This document shows positions 33,376 through 42,460 of a stretch of DNA of 64,000 bases, in pieces (the first letter of the stretch is position 1; every line of letters begins with the position of its first letter). The notes beneath the pieces were generated by a model. That model was not told the DNA's origin. It ran no database searches and was given only the letters and a program-made list of their open reading frames with translations. This stretch comes from Candidatus Spyradocola sp. (GTDB taxonomy: Bacteria > Bacillota > Clostridia > Christensenellales > UBA1750), in contig JAXEXP010000158.1 in NCBI GenBank assembly GCA_034113365.1, positions 1,759 through 65,758 on the forward strand, given 5' to 3'. Made by a program: the position numbers and the translations under genes.

Positions 33376-33942
33376 TCAGCAGCCCTCCCAGCGGCGGAAG
33401 CCGTCGGCCTCGATGCCGAAGCAGTCGAGCAGCTTGCAGGCGATGTGGCGCGTCAGATCGTCGACGGACGCGGGGGCGTTGTAGTAGCTGAGCATGGGCG
33501 GCACGATGCGCACACCCAGCTGCGACAGCTCGTAGAGGTTGCGCAGGTGGATGGGCGAGAGCGGCGTCTCGCGCGGGCAGAGCACCAGGGGGCGCGCTTC
33601 CTTGAGGGTAACGTCGGCGGCGCGCAGCAGCAGGCTGTCGCTGTAGCCGCTGTGGACGCCCGCGAGCGTCTTCATGCTGCAGGGCACGATGAGCATGCCG
33701 CAGCTGCGCCAGGTGCCCGAGGCGGGGCCTGCGCCGATGTCGCGGTTGTCGTAGGCGCAGTCGGCCAGCGCGCAGAACTGCTCCGGGGTCAGGCCCGTCT
33801 CGGCCTGAACGGTGCGCCTGCCGCCGTCGGTGAGGATCAGGTGGCTCTCGACGCCGGCTTGACGCAGCGCGCGCAGCACCTGCACCGCGATGGGCGCGCC
33901 CGATGCGCCGCTCACGCCCACGATGAGGCGTTTTTTGTCCAT
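33376..33942 (-). CDS. ubiX: UbiX family flavin prenyltransferase
   Basis: MDKKRLIVGVSGASGAPIAVQVLRAL...IVPCSMKTLAGV. Confidence 0.9.
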   Translation of the reverse strand: MDKKRLIVGVSGASGAPIAVQVLRALRQAGVESHLILTDGGRRTVQAETGLTPEQFCALADCAYDNRDIGAGPASGTWRSCGMLIVPCSMKTLAGVHSGYSDSLLLRAADVTLKEARPLVLCPRETPLSPIHLRNLYELSQLGVRIVPPMLSYYNAPASVDDLTRHIACKLLDCFGIEADGFRRWEGC

Positions 33943-33954
33943 GGCGATGCTCCT

Positions 33955-35430
33955 TTAGTCCTCAAAATCGGGCAGCCAATGCCGGGGATCGACCTCCATG
34001 AAGCGGGCGCGGGCAAAGCGCGCCTTCTGGTCGAAGGGCACGGTGCAGTCGAATATGGTCTTGCAGGCGATGCCGTGGTCGCGGATGGAGGGCGAGCAGG
34101 CGGGGTCGTTGGAGGGGTCGAGGGGATGGCAGCGCACGCCGGGGATGGTGATGACGTCCGCATCGCCCTGGAAGCGGGTGTTCATGGCCCACAGCACGTC
34201 GTTCATGTCGAAGGGATCGACGTCCTCGTCCACGAGGAACACGTGCTTGAGCTCGCTGAAGGCCGAGAAGGCGAGCAGCGCGGCCTGGCGCTGGCGGCCC
34301 TCGTCGCTGGGGACGGACTTGACGAACTGCAGCACCGCCATGTACTTGCCGCCGCCCGCGGAGGCGCAGTAGACGTTCTTGAGGCGGCCGGGCATCGCCT
34401 TTTCCACCATGCCCAGGATGCTGGCCTCGGTGGGGATGCCCGCCATGGAGACGTGCTCCTCGGAGGGGCCGATGCAGGTCTGCAGGATGGGATGCTTGCG
34501 GTGGGTGACGGCCTTGACCTTGATGATCCAGCACTGGTCGGAGGCGGGGCCGGTGTAGCCGGGGAACTCGGGCATGGCGTAGCCCGTGCCGGAGTTCTGA
34601 TCCTCGCGCACGCGCACATGGGGCAGCACCTCGCCCTCGACGACGTACTCGGCGTTCGCGATGGCGCGCTCGTTGACCGTCAGGCAGGGGGTGAGCTCGA
34701 CGGGCTTGCCGCGCAGCGCGCCCGCGATGGACAGCTCGTCAAAGCCCAGGGGCGTGGTCGGCGGCTCAAAGCAGGAGGCCACCTCGATGGCGGGGTCCAC
34801 GCCGATGGACACCGAGATGGGCAGGGGCTGGTTCAGCGCCTCGGCGCGCTCGGCCATGGCGCCGATGTGGCGCGCGCCGGGCGTGAAGAAGATGGACAGC
34901 TCGTCCTTGCCCTGGATGCACAGGCGGTGGATGGTCACGTCCGACCGGCCGGTGTCGGGATGGCTGGCGTAGCACATGCCCAGCGTGATGTAGGGGCCGG
35001 CGTCGTCCGGGGTGTTGGTGGGGGCGGGCAGCAGCCTGTACAGATCAAAGTCCGGATCAGTGGCCAGGTGCACGACCTCGCGGCAGGGAGGCTCCGCCTC
35101 GGTGACGACGGGCTGAATGGGGTGCTGCGCGGCCTCGCACAGCCGCCAGCCCAGCCGGGAGGGCTCGCAGTCCAGCAGCGCGGCGACGCGCTTGCGGCTG
35201 GCCAGCACGCCGATGGCCACGGTGGCGTCGGGATGGCCCTGCACGGAGTGGAAGAGCATCGCAGGGCCGGTGCGGGTGGGGCGCATCACGGTGCCGCCCG
35301 CGCCCACGCGGCGGTAGACGCCCGAAAGCTCGGCCTCGGGGCGCACGGGCACGTCGGTCTCCACCAGCTGCCCGGGCAGGGAGCGCAGCAGCTCCAGCGC
35401 GCTGCGCAGGTCAGTTACGGAATTGCTCAT
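33955..35430 (-). CDS. UbiD family (prenylated-FMN) decarboxylase, gallate/protocatechuate decarboxylase-like
   Basis: 491 aa. UbiD motifs include ...DAGPYITLGM...HRL... and ...SEEHVSMAGIPTEASI... Confidence 0.88.
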   Translation of the reverse strand: MSNSVTDLRSALELLRSLPGQLVETDVPVRPEAELSGVYRRVGAGGTVMRPTRTGPAMLFHSVQGHPDATVAIGVLASRKRVAALLDCEPSRLGWRLCEAAQHPIQPVVTEAEPPCREVVHLATDPDFDLYRLLPAPTNTPDDAGPYITLGMCYASHPDTGRSDVTIHRLCIQGKDELSIFFTPGARHIGAMAERAEALNQPLPISVSIGVDPAIEVASCFEPPTTPLGFDELSIAGALRGKPVELTPCLTVNERAIANAEYVVEGEVLPHVRVREDQNSGTGYAMPEFPGYTGPASDQCWIIKVKAVTHRKHPILQTCIGPSEEHVSMAGIPTEASILGMVEKAMPGRLKNVYCASAGGGKYMAVLQFVKSVPSDEGRQRQAALLAFSAFSELKHVFLVDEDVDPFDMNDVLWAMNTRFQGDADVITIPGVRCHPLDPSNDPACSPSIRDHGIACKTIFDCTVPFDQKARFARARFMEVDPRHWLPDFED

Positions 35431-35448
35431 GCTTTACTCCTCCCCTTC

Positions 35449-36813
35449 TCATCGTGCGATGCGCTGCGCCCAGGCGACAAAGCCGCCGGGCACGTCCGCC
35501 GCGCAGTGGTCGCGGCCCCACACCATCGCGTAGTCCACGTCGGGGTGGCCCGCGTTGCGCAGCTTGGTGGCCAGGATCATCGCCATGGTAAAGGAGGTGT
35601 GCGGGTCCCTGGTGCCCACGCGAACGCGGAAGTGCGGCGCCCAGCCGGCCGCATGCCCGGCGTCGATGCAGCGGAAGGGATCGATCAGCGCGCGGCGGCG
35701 GATGAGGGCCTCGTCCGTGCGGGAGAGGGCGTAGGCGTCGTGGTGCTGCGCGTACTGCTCGGGGAACTGCGCCTGCAGCGCCTCCAGCGCGCGGGCCACG
35801 TCGGGGCTGAAGTGGCGGTAGTTGGTGGTCTCGTCACCGAACTCCTGCGTCTCGGGGTTGTTGTAGGTGATGGAGTCGAAGGAGGGGCAGGGCTTGAGGC
35901 GCGTTAAGTAGCCCTGGTACAGGTCGTCGAGCTCCTGCGGGATCCAGGCGCTGCCGCCCGCCTGCGCGGCCTGCCGCACCACCTGCATCAGGTAGTCGTA
36001 GCCGGAGCCGCTGCGGCCGTCGGGGTTCAGCGTCAGGGGCGCGCCCGTCTGCGGATGGCGCAGCGCGAGGGAATTGAAGTATTCGATGTAGATCTTCTTG
36101 AGCTCGGCCGACAGCGCCTGGGAAAACGCGTCCAGCTCGCCCTCGCCGATGCCCTTGTAGGCCGTCACGCCGTCAAACATCCACTCGTAGCCCGCGTCGG
36201 CGTGCTCCAGGTCGATGATGGGGCAATAGCACTGCGCGGCGAACACGTCGTCGCCCACGTCCAGGGCGGCGCCCGCCTCCTGCAGCATCGGCAGGTACTC
36301 GGGCGCGTTGCCCGTCACGCCCAGCAGCGAGCTCATCGCGCCGCCTGCGGACACGCCGGTGGAGAGGATGCGGTAGGGGTTGCCGGGGAGCTTGTCGGCG
36401 TTGTGCTTCAGGAAGCGCACGGCGGCCTTGAGGTCCACCAGGCCGATGGGGGATTTGCCGATGAAGCGGCCGGATTCGTCCGTGGTCTGCTTGCCGCGCG
36501 CGCCCGCGGTAACGTAGACCAGGCCCGCGGCGAGGCACTCCCGGCCAAAGTCGTCCAGCGGCTCGGGGCTGCACTCGGAGTAGCCGCCCACGCAGTTGCG
36601 CAGCACGATGGGGGCGGTGGCCGCGTCCCAGCCGCCCACGCTGCCGCCGCGGCGGTAGGCCAGAGGCACGTACAGGTTGATGCTCTGCAGATCCGGCCGC
36701 AGCGCGTGCGCGCAGGTCACCACGTTTTCCAGCGCCCAGCAGCCGTCCTCCTCGCGGCGCACCCAGCTGCCGTCATAGGCGGAAAGGTCCAGAGAAAATA
36801 CGTTTTCTTTCAT
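35449..36813 (-). CDS. Tannase-like serine esterase (subtype B tannase-like)
   Basis: Start at ATG 36813 (RBS GGGAGGG). The nucleophile elbow is TGVSAGG, with ...CYCPIIDLEHAD... It resembles intracellular Lactobacillus-type tannase as I recall it. Confidence 0.7.
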   Translation of the reverse strand: MKENVFSLDLSAYDGSWVRREEDGCWALENVVTCAHALRPDLQSINLYVPLAYRRGGSVGGWDAATAPIVLRNCVGGYSECSPEPLDDFGRECLAAGLVYVTAGARGKQTTDESGRFIGKSPIGLVDLKAAVRFLKHNADKLPGNPYRILSTGVSAGGAMSSLLGVTGNAPEYLPMLQEAGAALDVGDDVFAAQCYCPIIDLEHADAGYEWMFDGVTAYKGIGEGELDAFSQALSAELKKIYIEYFNSLALRHPQTGAPLTLNPDGRSGSGYDYLMQVVRQAAQAGGSAWIPQELDDLYQGYLTRLKPCPSFDSITYNNPETQEFGDETTNYRHFSPDVARALEALQAQFPEQYAQHHDAYALSRTDEALIRRRALIDPFRCIDAGHAAGWAPHFRVRVGTRDPHTSFTMAMILATKLRNAGHPDVDYAMVWGRDHCAADVPGGFVAWAQRIAR

Positions 36814-37015
36814 GTTTTTCCCTCCCTGTGATGAAGTTTTACTTATGAGATCAGTATAGCGCAGCGCCGGCCAAAACTGCAATTCAAAACCCGCGCCGTT
36901 TTATTCCAATAAGGAATGTATCAGAAGGTGGAAGCATGCCACTGGCTCTGTGCGGGCAAACATGCTATAATGAAGGCGGTTTGACGAGTCAAGCACAAAG
37001 GGGGACTTGGGGGCA

Positions 37016-38392
37016 ATGAAGGACTTTCTGCGGGCAGCGGCGCGCGTTGTGCCCAGCCAGCGGCAGCTGGACTGGTTTGATCTGAATTTCTATGCGTTCG
37101 TACACTTTGGCGTAAACACCTTCACCGACCGCGAGTGGGGCACGGGTGCCGAGCCGGAGAGCGTGTTTGATCCCACGGATCTGGACTGCGACCAGTGGGT
37201 GGAGGCCGTCAAGGCCGCGGGCATGAAGGGGCTGGTGCTCACCGCGAAGCACCACGACGGCTTCTGCCTGTGGCCGAGCAAATACACGGAGCACTCGGTG
37301 AAGAACAGCCCGTTCCGGGGCGACGTGGTGAAGCTGGCTGCGGACGCCTGCCGCAGGGGCGGGATCAAATTCGGCTTCTATCTCTCGCCGTGGGATCGGA
37401 ACAACCCGCTCTACGGCACGCCGGAGTACAACGACTACTTCTGCAACCAGCTGACCGAGCTGCTGACGGGCTACGGCGACATCTTCTACGTGTGGTTCGA
37501 CAACGCCTGCGGCGAGGGGCCCAACGGCAAAAAGCAGGTGTACGATTTCCCGCGCTACTTTGAATTGATCCGCAGGTACCAGCCCAACGCGGTGATCTTC
37601 AACGACTTCGGGCCGGACGTGCGCTGGTGCGGCAACGAGGCGGGCGTGGCGCGGCAGAGCGAGTGGGCAGTTGTGCCGCACGAGCTGTGCTACTGGGCGC
37701 AGCGGCAGACTGGCGCAGGACCGCTGCACGAGGCTGCGCCGCACGCGCTGGACACGCTGTTCAACACCGATCCGCTGATCGGCACGGCGCCGCAGATCTT
37801 CTACAGCGACGGGCTGGTCTGCACGCCGTGCGAAATCGACATGTCCATCCGCCCCGGCTGGTTCTGGCACGAAAAGGAGGAACCGCACAGCCTGGAGCGT
37901 CTGTTCAACACCTATCTGACGTCGGTGGGCGCGAACGCGGCGTTCAACCTGAACGTGCCGCCCGACCGGCGCGGACGCATCGACGAGCGCGACGTGCAGC
38001 GGCTGAAGGAATTCGGACAGCTGCTGCAGGCGGAGTTTGGCAGTCAGATCCCGGTGGACGTGCGGCGCGTGGACGACGGCACGCAGTGGGCGGGCGAATG
38101 GGAGCTGACGTTTGCGCCCGGCGAGCGGCCCGTCCGATACATCGTGCTGGAGGAGGATCTTGCGCGCGGACAGCGCATCGAGAGCTTCAAGATCGCGGAT
38201 GCGGGTTCGGACGCGCACTTCCCGCTGTACTACGGCACCACGGTGGGGCACCGCGCCATCTGCCGCCTGGGCGATCCGTTCGCGCTGCAGAACCCGCTGA
38301 CGGACGACGCAGACCCCGCGCCGCGCGTGCTGCGACTGCTGGTGACCGGCTCGCGCGACGTGCCGGCGCTCAAGACCATCAAGGCATACTGA
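37016..38392 (+). CDS. Alpha-L-fucosidase (GH29)
   Basis: ...FYAFVHFGVNTFTDREWG...LVLTAKHHDGFCLWPSKYT...FGFYLSPWD. These are GH29 hallmarks. Confidence 0.85.
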   Translation: MKDFLRAAARVVPSQRQLDWFDLNFYAFVHFGVNTFTDREWGTGAEPESVFDPTDLDCDQWVEAVKAAGMKGLVLTAKHHDGFCLWPSKYTEHSVKNSPFRGDVVKLAADACRRGGIKFGFYLSPWDRNNPLYGTPEYNDYFCNQLTELLTGYGDIFYVWFDNACGEGPNGKKQVYDFPRYFELIRRYQPNAVIFNDFGPDVRWCGNEAGVARQSEWAVVPHELCYWAQRQTGAGPLHEAAPHALDTLFNTDPLIGTAPQIFYSDGLVCTPCEIDMSIRPGWFWHEKEEPHSLERLFNTYLTSVGANAAFNLNVPPDRRGRIDERDVQRLKEFGQLLQAEFGSQIPVDVRRVDDGTQWAGEWELTFAPGERPVRYIVLEEDLARGQRIESFKIADAGSDAHFPLYYGTTVGHRAICRLGDPFALQNPLTDDADPAPRVLRLLVTGSRDVPALKTIKAY

Positions 38393-38408
38393 CAAGGAGG
38401 AAACAGCC

Positions 38409-38660
38409 ATGCTGCAATACCGCTACGACACCCAGCTGCTCATCGACGGGGACGACCTGGACGAGCAGGCGATCAACGACTACATCCGCGACAACATCCC
38501 CGGCGACAGCCTGTTGGCCGTGGGCGACGACATGCTCATCAAGATCCACTATCACACCAACGTGCCGTGGAAGGTGCTGGAATACTGCGCCACGCTGGGC
38601 GACATCTACGACATCGTGGTGGAGAACATGGAGCGTCAGTCCAGCGGACTGCACGGGTGA
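38409..38660 (+). CDS. Small protein resembling the middle segment of FakA/YloV (DAK2-fusion) proteins
   Basis: 83 aa. ...GDSLLAVGDDMLIKIHYHTNVPWKVLEYCATLGDIYDIVVENMERQ. Confidence 0.5.
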   Translation: MLQYRYDTQLLIDGDDLDEQAINDYIRDNIPGDSLLAVGDDMLIKIHYHTNVPWKVLEYCATLGDIYDIVVENMERQSSGLHG

Positions 38661-38665
38661 GCGGC

Positions 38666-39418
38666 ATGGCGGAGCATTTCTCCGGCAAGGCCGGGCAGTA
38701 CGCAAAGGGGCGCGGCGGCTACCCCGAGGCGCTGTACGACGCGCTGTACGGGCGGTACGGCTTCTCCCCCAGCGACGCCATAGCGGACGTGGGCGCGGGC
38801 ACGGGCGCGTTTTCCCGGGAGCTGCTCAAGCGGGGCAGCCGGGTCTGGGCGGTGGAGCCCGACGCGCAGATGCTGCAAAAGGCGGCGGACGCGCTGGGCG
38901 GGCACGAAGCCTTTCACGCGGTGGCGGCGACGGCCGAGCACACGGGGCTGCTGGACGGCGCGTTTGACCACGTGACCTGCGCCTCCGCGTTCCACTGGCT
39001 GGACGCGGAGGCCTTCCGCGCCGAATGCCTGCGCCTGCTGCGGCCGGGCGGCAGCGTGGTGCTGGTGTGGAAGGTGCGGGATGCGCAGTCCCCGCTGGGA
39101 CGGGCGCTGACGGAAGTCCTGGCCGCGCACTGCGAGGACTTCACGGGCCTGGCGCACGGGTTTGACGCCTGTCAGGGGGACATCCGGCGGTTTTATGGCG
39201 GGAAATTTGAGCAGCTGCGGTTTCCGGACGATGCGGTGCAGGATCGGGAGGGCTTCCGGGCGCGGATACTGTCCAGCTCGTATGCCCCGAGGCCGCAGGA
39301 CGAGGGGTTTGCGACGCTGTGCCGGGCGCTGGACGAATTGTTCGACCGGTTTGAACAGGACGGGGTCGTGACCGTGCCGACGAGCGCCATTGCCTTCATC
39401 GGCGCGCCACGGGGCTGA
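38666..39418 (+). CDS. Class I SAM-dependent methyltransferase
   Basis: Start at ATG 38666. Motif I is IADVGAGTGAFS. Confidence 0.8.
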   Translation: MAEHFSGKAGQYAKGRGGYPEALYDALYGRYGFSPSDAIADVGAGTGAFSRELLKRGSRVWAVEPDAQMLQKAADALGGHEAFHAVAATAEHTGLLDGAFDHVTCASAFHWLDAEAFRAECLRLLRPGGSVVLVWKVRDAQSPLGRALTEVLAAHCEDFTGLAHGFDACQGDIRRFYGGKFEQLRFPDDAVQDREGFRARILSSSYAPRPQDEGFATLCRALDELFDRFEQDGVVTVPTSAIAFIGAPRG

Positions 39419-39503
39419 ACCTCCCCTTCGGTCCGCCGCTCTGCTTATTCCAAAACGCCCGGACTCAAGGGGAGCCGGAACATTGCGAAAGGAAGTGCTA
39501 TAC

Positions 39504-39764
39504 TTGTACAAGATCACACTGGGCATCGAAGGGATGGCCTGCGGAATGTGCGAATCGCACGTAAACGACGCGGTGCGCAAGGCGTTTGCCGTCAAAAAGG
39601 TGTCCTCCTGGCACGGAAAGAAGCGCACGGAGATCCTCGCCGAGCAGCCCATCGTCGAGGAGGAACTGCGCGCGGCCATCGGGCAGACGGGGTACACCGT
39701 GACCTCCTACGCCTGCGAGCCCTACGAAAAAAAGAGCTTCTCCCTGTTCAAGAGAAAGGGATAG
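39504..39764 (+). CDS. Heavy-metal-associated (HMA) domain protein
   Basis: GMACGMCESHV (GMxCxxC) motif. Probable TTG start 9 nt after AAAGGAAG. Confidence 0.7.
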   Translation: MYKITLGIEGMACGMCESHVNDAVRKAFAVKKVSSWHGKKRTEILAEQPIVEEELRAAIGQTGYTVTSYACEPYEKKSFSLFKRKG

Positions 39765-39801
39765 GCTCCAACCGACCCTTGTGTTTAGCAAAAGATACGC
39801 G

Positions 39802-39836
39802 CACGGCATTGCCGCACGCGTATTTTTTATGGCAGG
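39802..39836 (+). terminator. Intrinsic terminator
   Basis: ATACGCG-(13 nt)-CGCGTAT followed by TTTTTAT. Confidence 0.6.
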
Positions 39837-39865
39837 ATATGCGCTCCTGTCTGCGTTATGCGAAT

Positions 39866-41263
39866 TTATCTGCTGCGGACCGCGCGGCGGCCGAATACGA
39901 ACGCTGCGCACAGCGCCAGTGCGAACACCGCGGCTGCGGGCGCGCCGCCCTCACCCGTCTTGGGCGAGGTGCAGTCCTCCTGCACGGGCGTCTCCTCGAG
40001 CAGGCAGGCGGTGGGCGTGGGCGCGGGCTGCTCCGTGTAGTCCGGGTAGTACGTGGGGCCGGGGTTGGTGGGGACGGGCGTAGGCGTCGCCTCGACGGAC
40101 ACCCAGTAGATGCCGTCCTTGAACCAGGTGAAGGTCTTGATGAGGTTGTTTTCATCGATGCCCGTCAGGCTCAGCGTGTGCGAGCCCTCGGCGTTCGCCT
40201 TGTCGATCACGTCCTGGATGAAGGCAGTGGAGCCGTCGGGGTTCTTGCCCCAGTCCACGTCAAAGTCGTCGAGGCCCGTCAGCTTCCAGTAGCCGTTGTC
40301 GCCGCTGGGGGCGTGATAGGTGCTGTAAAACTCGATGGTGCCGGGCTCGATGGCCTCCACATAGAAGCAGTTCTTGCCCAGGATGTTGGCGGTGAGCGGA
40401 GCGGAGACCGTCTCGCCCTCGCCGCTGAGGTTGACCAAACCGATGACCACGTTTTCAAAGCGGTTGTCCCGGATGTCCACCTTCATGGTGCCCGGAGCGT
40501 TCTGCTGCGCGATGACCTTGGCGCGCAGCGCCTCCGTGCCGCGGACGGTATTGCCGCCGATCTCCAGCACACCGCCGCCGCTGCCGCCGCCCAGGTAGCC
40601 GTGGATGGCAAAGCTGCAGCCCGTGATGGTGTTGCCCGTCAGCCGGTAGGTCTGACCGGCAGGGATGGAATAGTTGTCGCCCATGATCTCGATGGCGTTG
40701 GAAAAGCCGCTGATGGTGCAGTTCTTCACCTCGACGCGCTCGCAATCCCAGAAAATGCCGTACTTGGCGTTCTCACCGGTCACGGTGCAGTTCTCGACCG
40801 TGAGCGACACGCCGCTGCCGCCGTAGGCGCCGTGGTGCGTCGAGATCGCCGCGTCGCACCAGCTCGCAGTGGAAGAGCCTGCGCGCACCGTCAGGTTTCT
40901 CAGCGTGACGTCGCCGCTGTGGACGTTGATGCCGCCGTTGTCCCACTGATCGCTGCGCGCGGTGTCCTGCAGCGCTTCAATGACGACGCCGGACTGCGAT
41001 TCGCCCTCGACGGTCAGCCCGTTCAGGCCCGACGGCACCGTAAAGCGGGCATAGGCGCCCTCCTTGACCACGATGGTCCAGCCGGTCTTGTCCTCCTGCG
41101 CCGCGATGTGGTCGATGGCGGCCTGGATGGTCGTAAAGGTCTCCTCCGCGCCGACGGTCACGGTCTTTGCGGGGTCGCCTTCCGCGTATGCCGCCGCGGG
41201 GAATGCCCACAGCAGCAGCAGCGCGGCCAGCAGCATGCACAGAAGCCTCGTTCTTTTACCCAT
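39866..41263 (-). CDS. Secreted right-handed beta-helix protein with an SPKTG cell-wall sorting signal
   Basis: Start at ATG 41263 (RBS AAAGGAGAG). Signal peptide ...AFPAAAYA and repeated NxTVxG/NCTIxG turns. The C-terminus is SPKTGEGG + a hydrophobic stretch + GRRAVRSR. Confidence 0.8.
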   Translation of the reverse strand: MGKRTRLLCMLLAALLLLWAFPAAAYAEGDPAKTVTVGAEETFTTIQAAIDHIAAQEDKTGWTIVVKEGAYARFTVPSGLNGLTVEGESQSGVVIEALQDTARSDQWDNGGINVHSGDVTLRNLTVRAGSSTASWCDAAISTHHGAYGGSGVSLTVENCTVTGENAKYGIFWDCERVEVKNCTISGFSNAIEIMGDNYSIPAGQTYRLTGNTITGCSFAIHGYLGGGSGGGVLEIGGNTVRGTEALRAKVIAQQNAPGTMKVDIRDNRFENVVIGLVNLSGEGETVSAPLTANILGKNCFYVEAIEPGTIEFYSTYHAPSGDNGYWKLTGLDDFDVDWGKNPDGSTAFIQDVIDKANAEGSHTLSLTGIDENNLIKTFTWFKDGIYWVSVEATPTPVPTNPGPTYYPDYTEQPAPTPTACLLEETPVQEDCTSPKTGEGGAPAAAVFALALCAAFVFGRRAVRSR

Positions 41264-41392
41264 AATTCGTCTCTCCTTTCCCTGACTGAAAACACGTCCC
41301 GTTGCAAAAGGTGTGCTTTTCGGGACTGGGACAAGCTGTGGATATAACTTCAATCTGCCGTTGCCAAATGCGAAGAAATATCAGGAATATTG

Positions 41393-41421
41393 TTGCGGAC
41401 GGCGTGAATTCCTGCTATAAT
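41393..41421 (+). promoter_or_regulatory. Orphan sigma-A-type promoter between two minus-strand genes
   Basis: TTGCGG (41393-98), 17-nt spacer, TATAAT (41416-21). Confidence 0.45.
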
Positions 41422-41427
41422 CAACAG

Positions 41428-41504
41428 CAGGGGATCCATCCCCAATCCTACACAATATGACACAGTTTATGGGCAATTCAGGACGCAGCAGCGTCCTTTT
41501 TTTG
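41428..41504 (+). ncRNA. Candidate small RNA (about 77 nt)
   Basis: It starts about 7 nt after the TATAAT. It has a 5' hairpin GGGGA-TCCA-TCCCC, a single-stranded AAUCCUACACAAUAUGACACAGUUUAUGGGCAAUUC stretch, and an intrinsic terminator AGGACGC-AGCA-GCGTCCT + TTTTTTT. There is no plus-strand gene downstream. Confidence 0.4.
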
Positions 41505-41539
41505 TGCTTTCAGCGGTGGAAAGACGCGGGTTTACCGGG

Positions 41540-42217
41540 CTATTCCGCGAAGAACGCGGCCTCGAGCAGCGCGCAGAGCGCGTGGTAGACGGGCAGCGTG
41601 TACTCCTGCACGCGGTAGGTCTCTGCGGACGGCAGGCGCAGCGTCACGTCGCACAGCGCGGACAGCGCGCTCTCCTTCTCCCCGGTGATGGCCAGCGTGC
41701 GCAGGCCCTTTGCGCGCGCGGCGTGCACGGCGTTGACCACGTTGCGGGAATTGCCCGAGGTGGACAGCGCCAGCAGCGCGTCCCCGCCCTGCCCCAGCGC
41801 CCAGACCTGCTGGGCGTAAACCATGGAGGCGTCCACATCGTTTGCATAGGCCGACAGCAGCGCGCCGTGGGTGTTGAGCGACAGCGCGGGCAGCGCCCCC
41901 TGCAGGCGGTCCGCAAAGCCGGCGGGCATGTCCGGCGTATCGTCCAGCAGCGCGCGCTCCTCCGCGGTGAGCGGACGCCGCTTCAGGAAGCCCTTCATCA
42001 GCTCGCCCACGATGTGGTCCGCGTCGGCTGCGCTGCCGCCGTTGCCGCAGAGCAGCAGCTTGCCGCCCGCTTCAAAGGCGCCCTGCAGCAGCGCGTAGGC
42101 GTCCAGCAGCCCGGAGCGGAGTGGGGTGAGCGCGGGATTGTCCCCGAGCAGGCGCTGCAGTATGGCGCGCTGCTCCGGTGTGAGCATGGGGGTGTGTTCC
42201 TCGGGGATATGTGTCAT
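41540..42217 (-). CDS. SIS domain protein (GmhA/phosphoheptose isomerase-like)
   Basis: Start at ATG 42217 (RBS GGAGGAACCCGTC). ...LLCGNGGSAADADH...ALSTSGNSRNV. Confidence 0.8.
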   Translation of the reverse strand: MTHIPEEHTPMLTPEQRAILQRLLGDNPALTPLRSGLLDAYALLQGAFEAGGKLLLCGNGGSAADADHIVGELMKGFLKRRPLTAEERALLDDTPDMPAGFADRLQGALPALSLNTHGALLSAYANDVDASMVYAQQVWALGQGGDALLALSTSGNSRNVVNAVHAARAKGLRTLAITGEKESALSALCDVTLRLPSAETYRVQEYTLPVYHALCALLEAAFFAE

Positions 42218-42351
42218 GACGGGTTCCTCCATTCCGCACAATTTATGTATATTCACGTATGCTGCGCATTATTCCGGCGATGCAGAAAAAAACGCATAAA
42301 TAGATTTCCCGCTCCGCGCCGCGCTTTCCTGCCGGACGGGAGGGCATCTTT

Positions 42352-42392
42352 GCACGAAAAGGGCCGCCCGTTTGATGGGGCGACCCTTTCCG
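42352..42392 (-). terminator. Terminator downstream of amt
   Basis: Minus strand: AAAGGGTCGCCCC-ATCAAAC-GGGCGGCCCTTT followed by TCGTG. Confidence 0.55.
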
Positions 42393-42460
42393 TGTGTGTG
42401 ATTTAGGAAGGAGAATTCTGGGAGCCCGCGTTGTTGACTCCCAAACTGGATTGACTGGAA

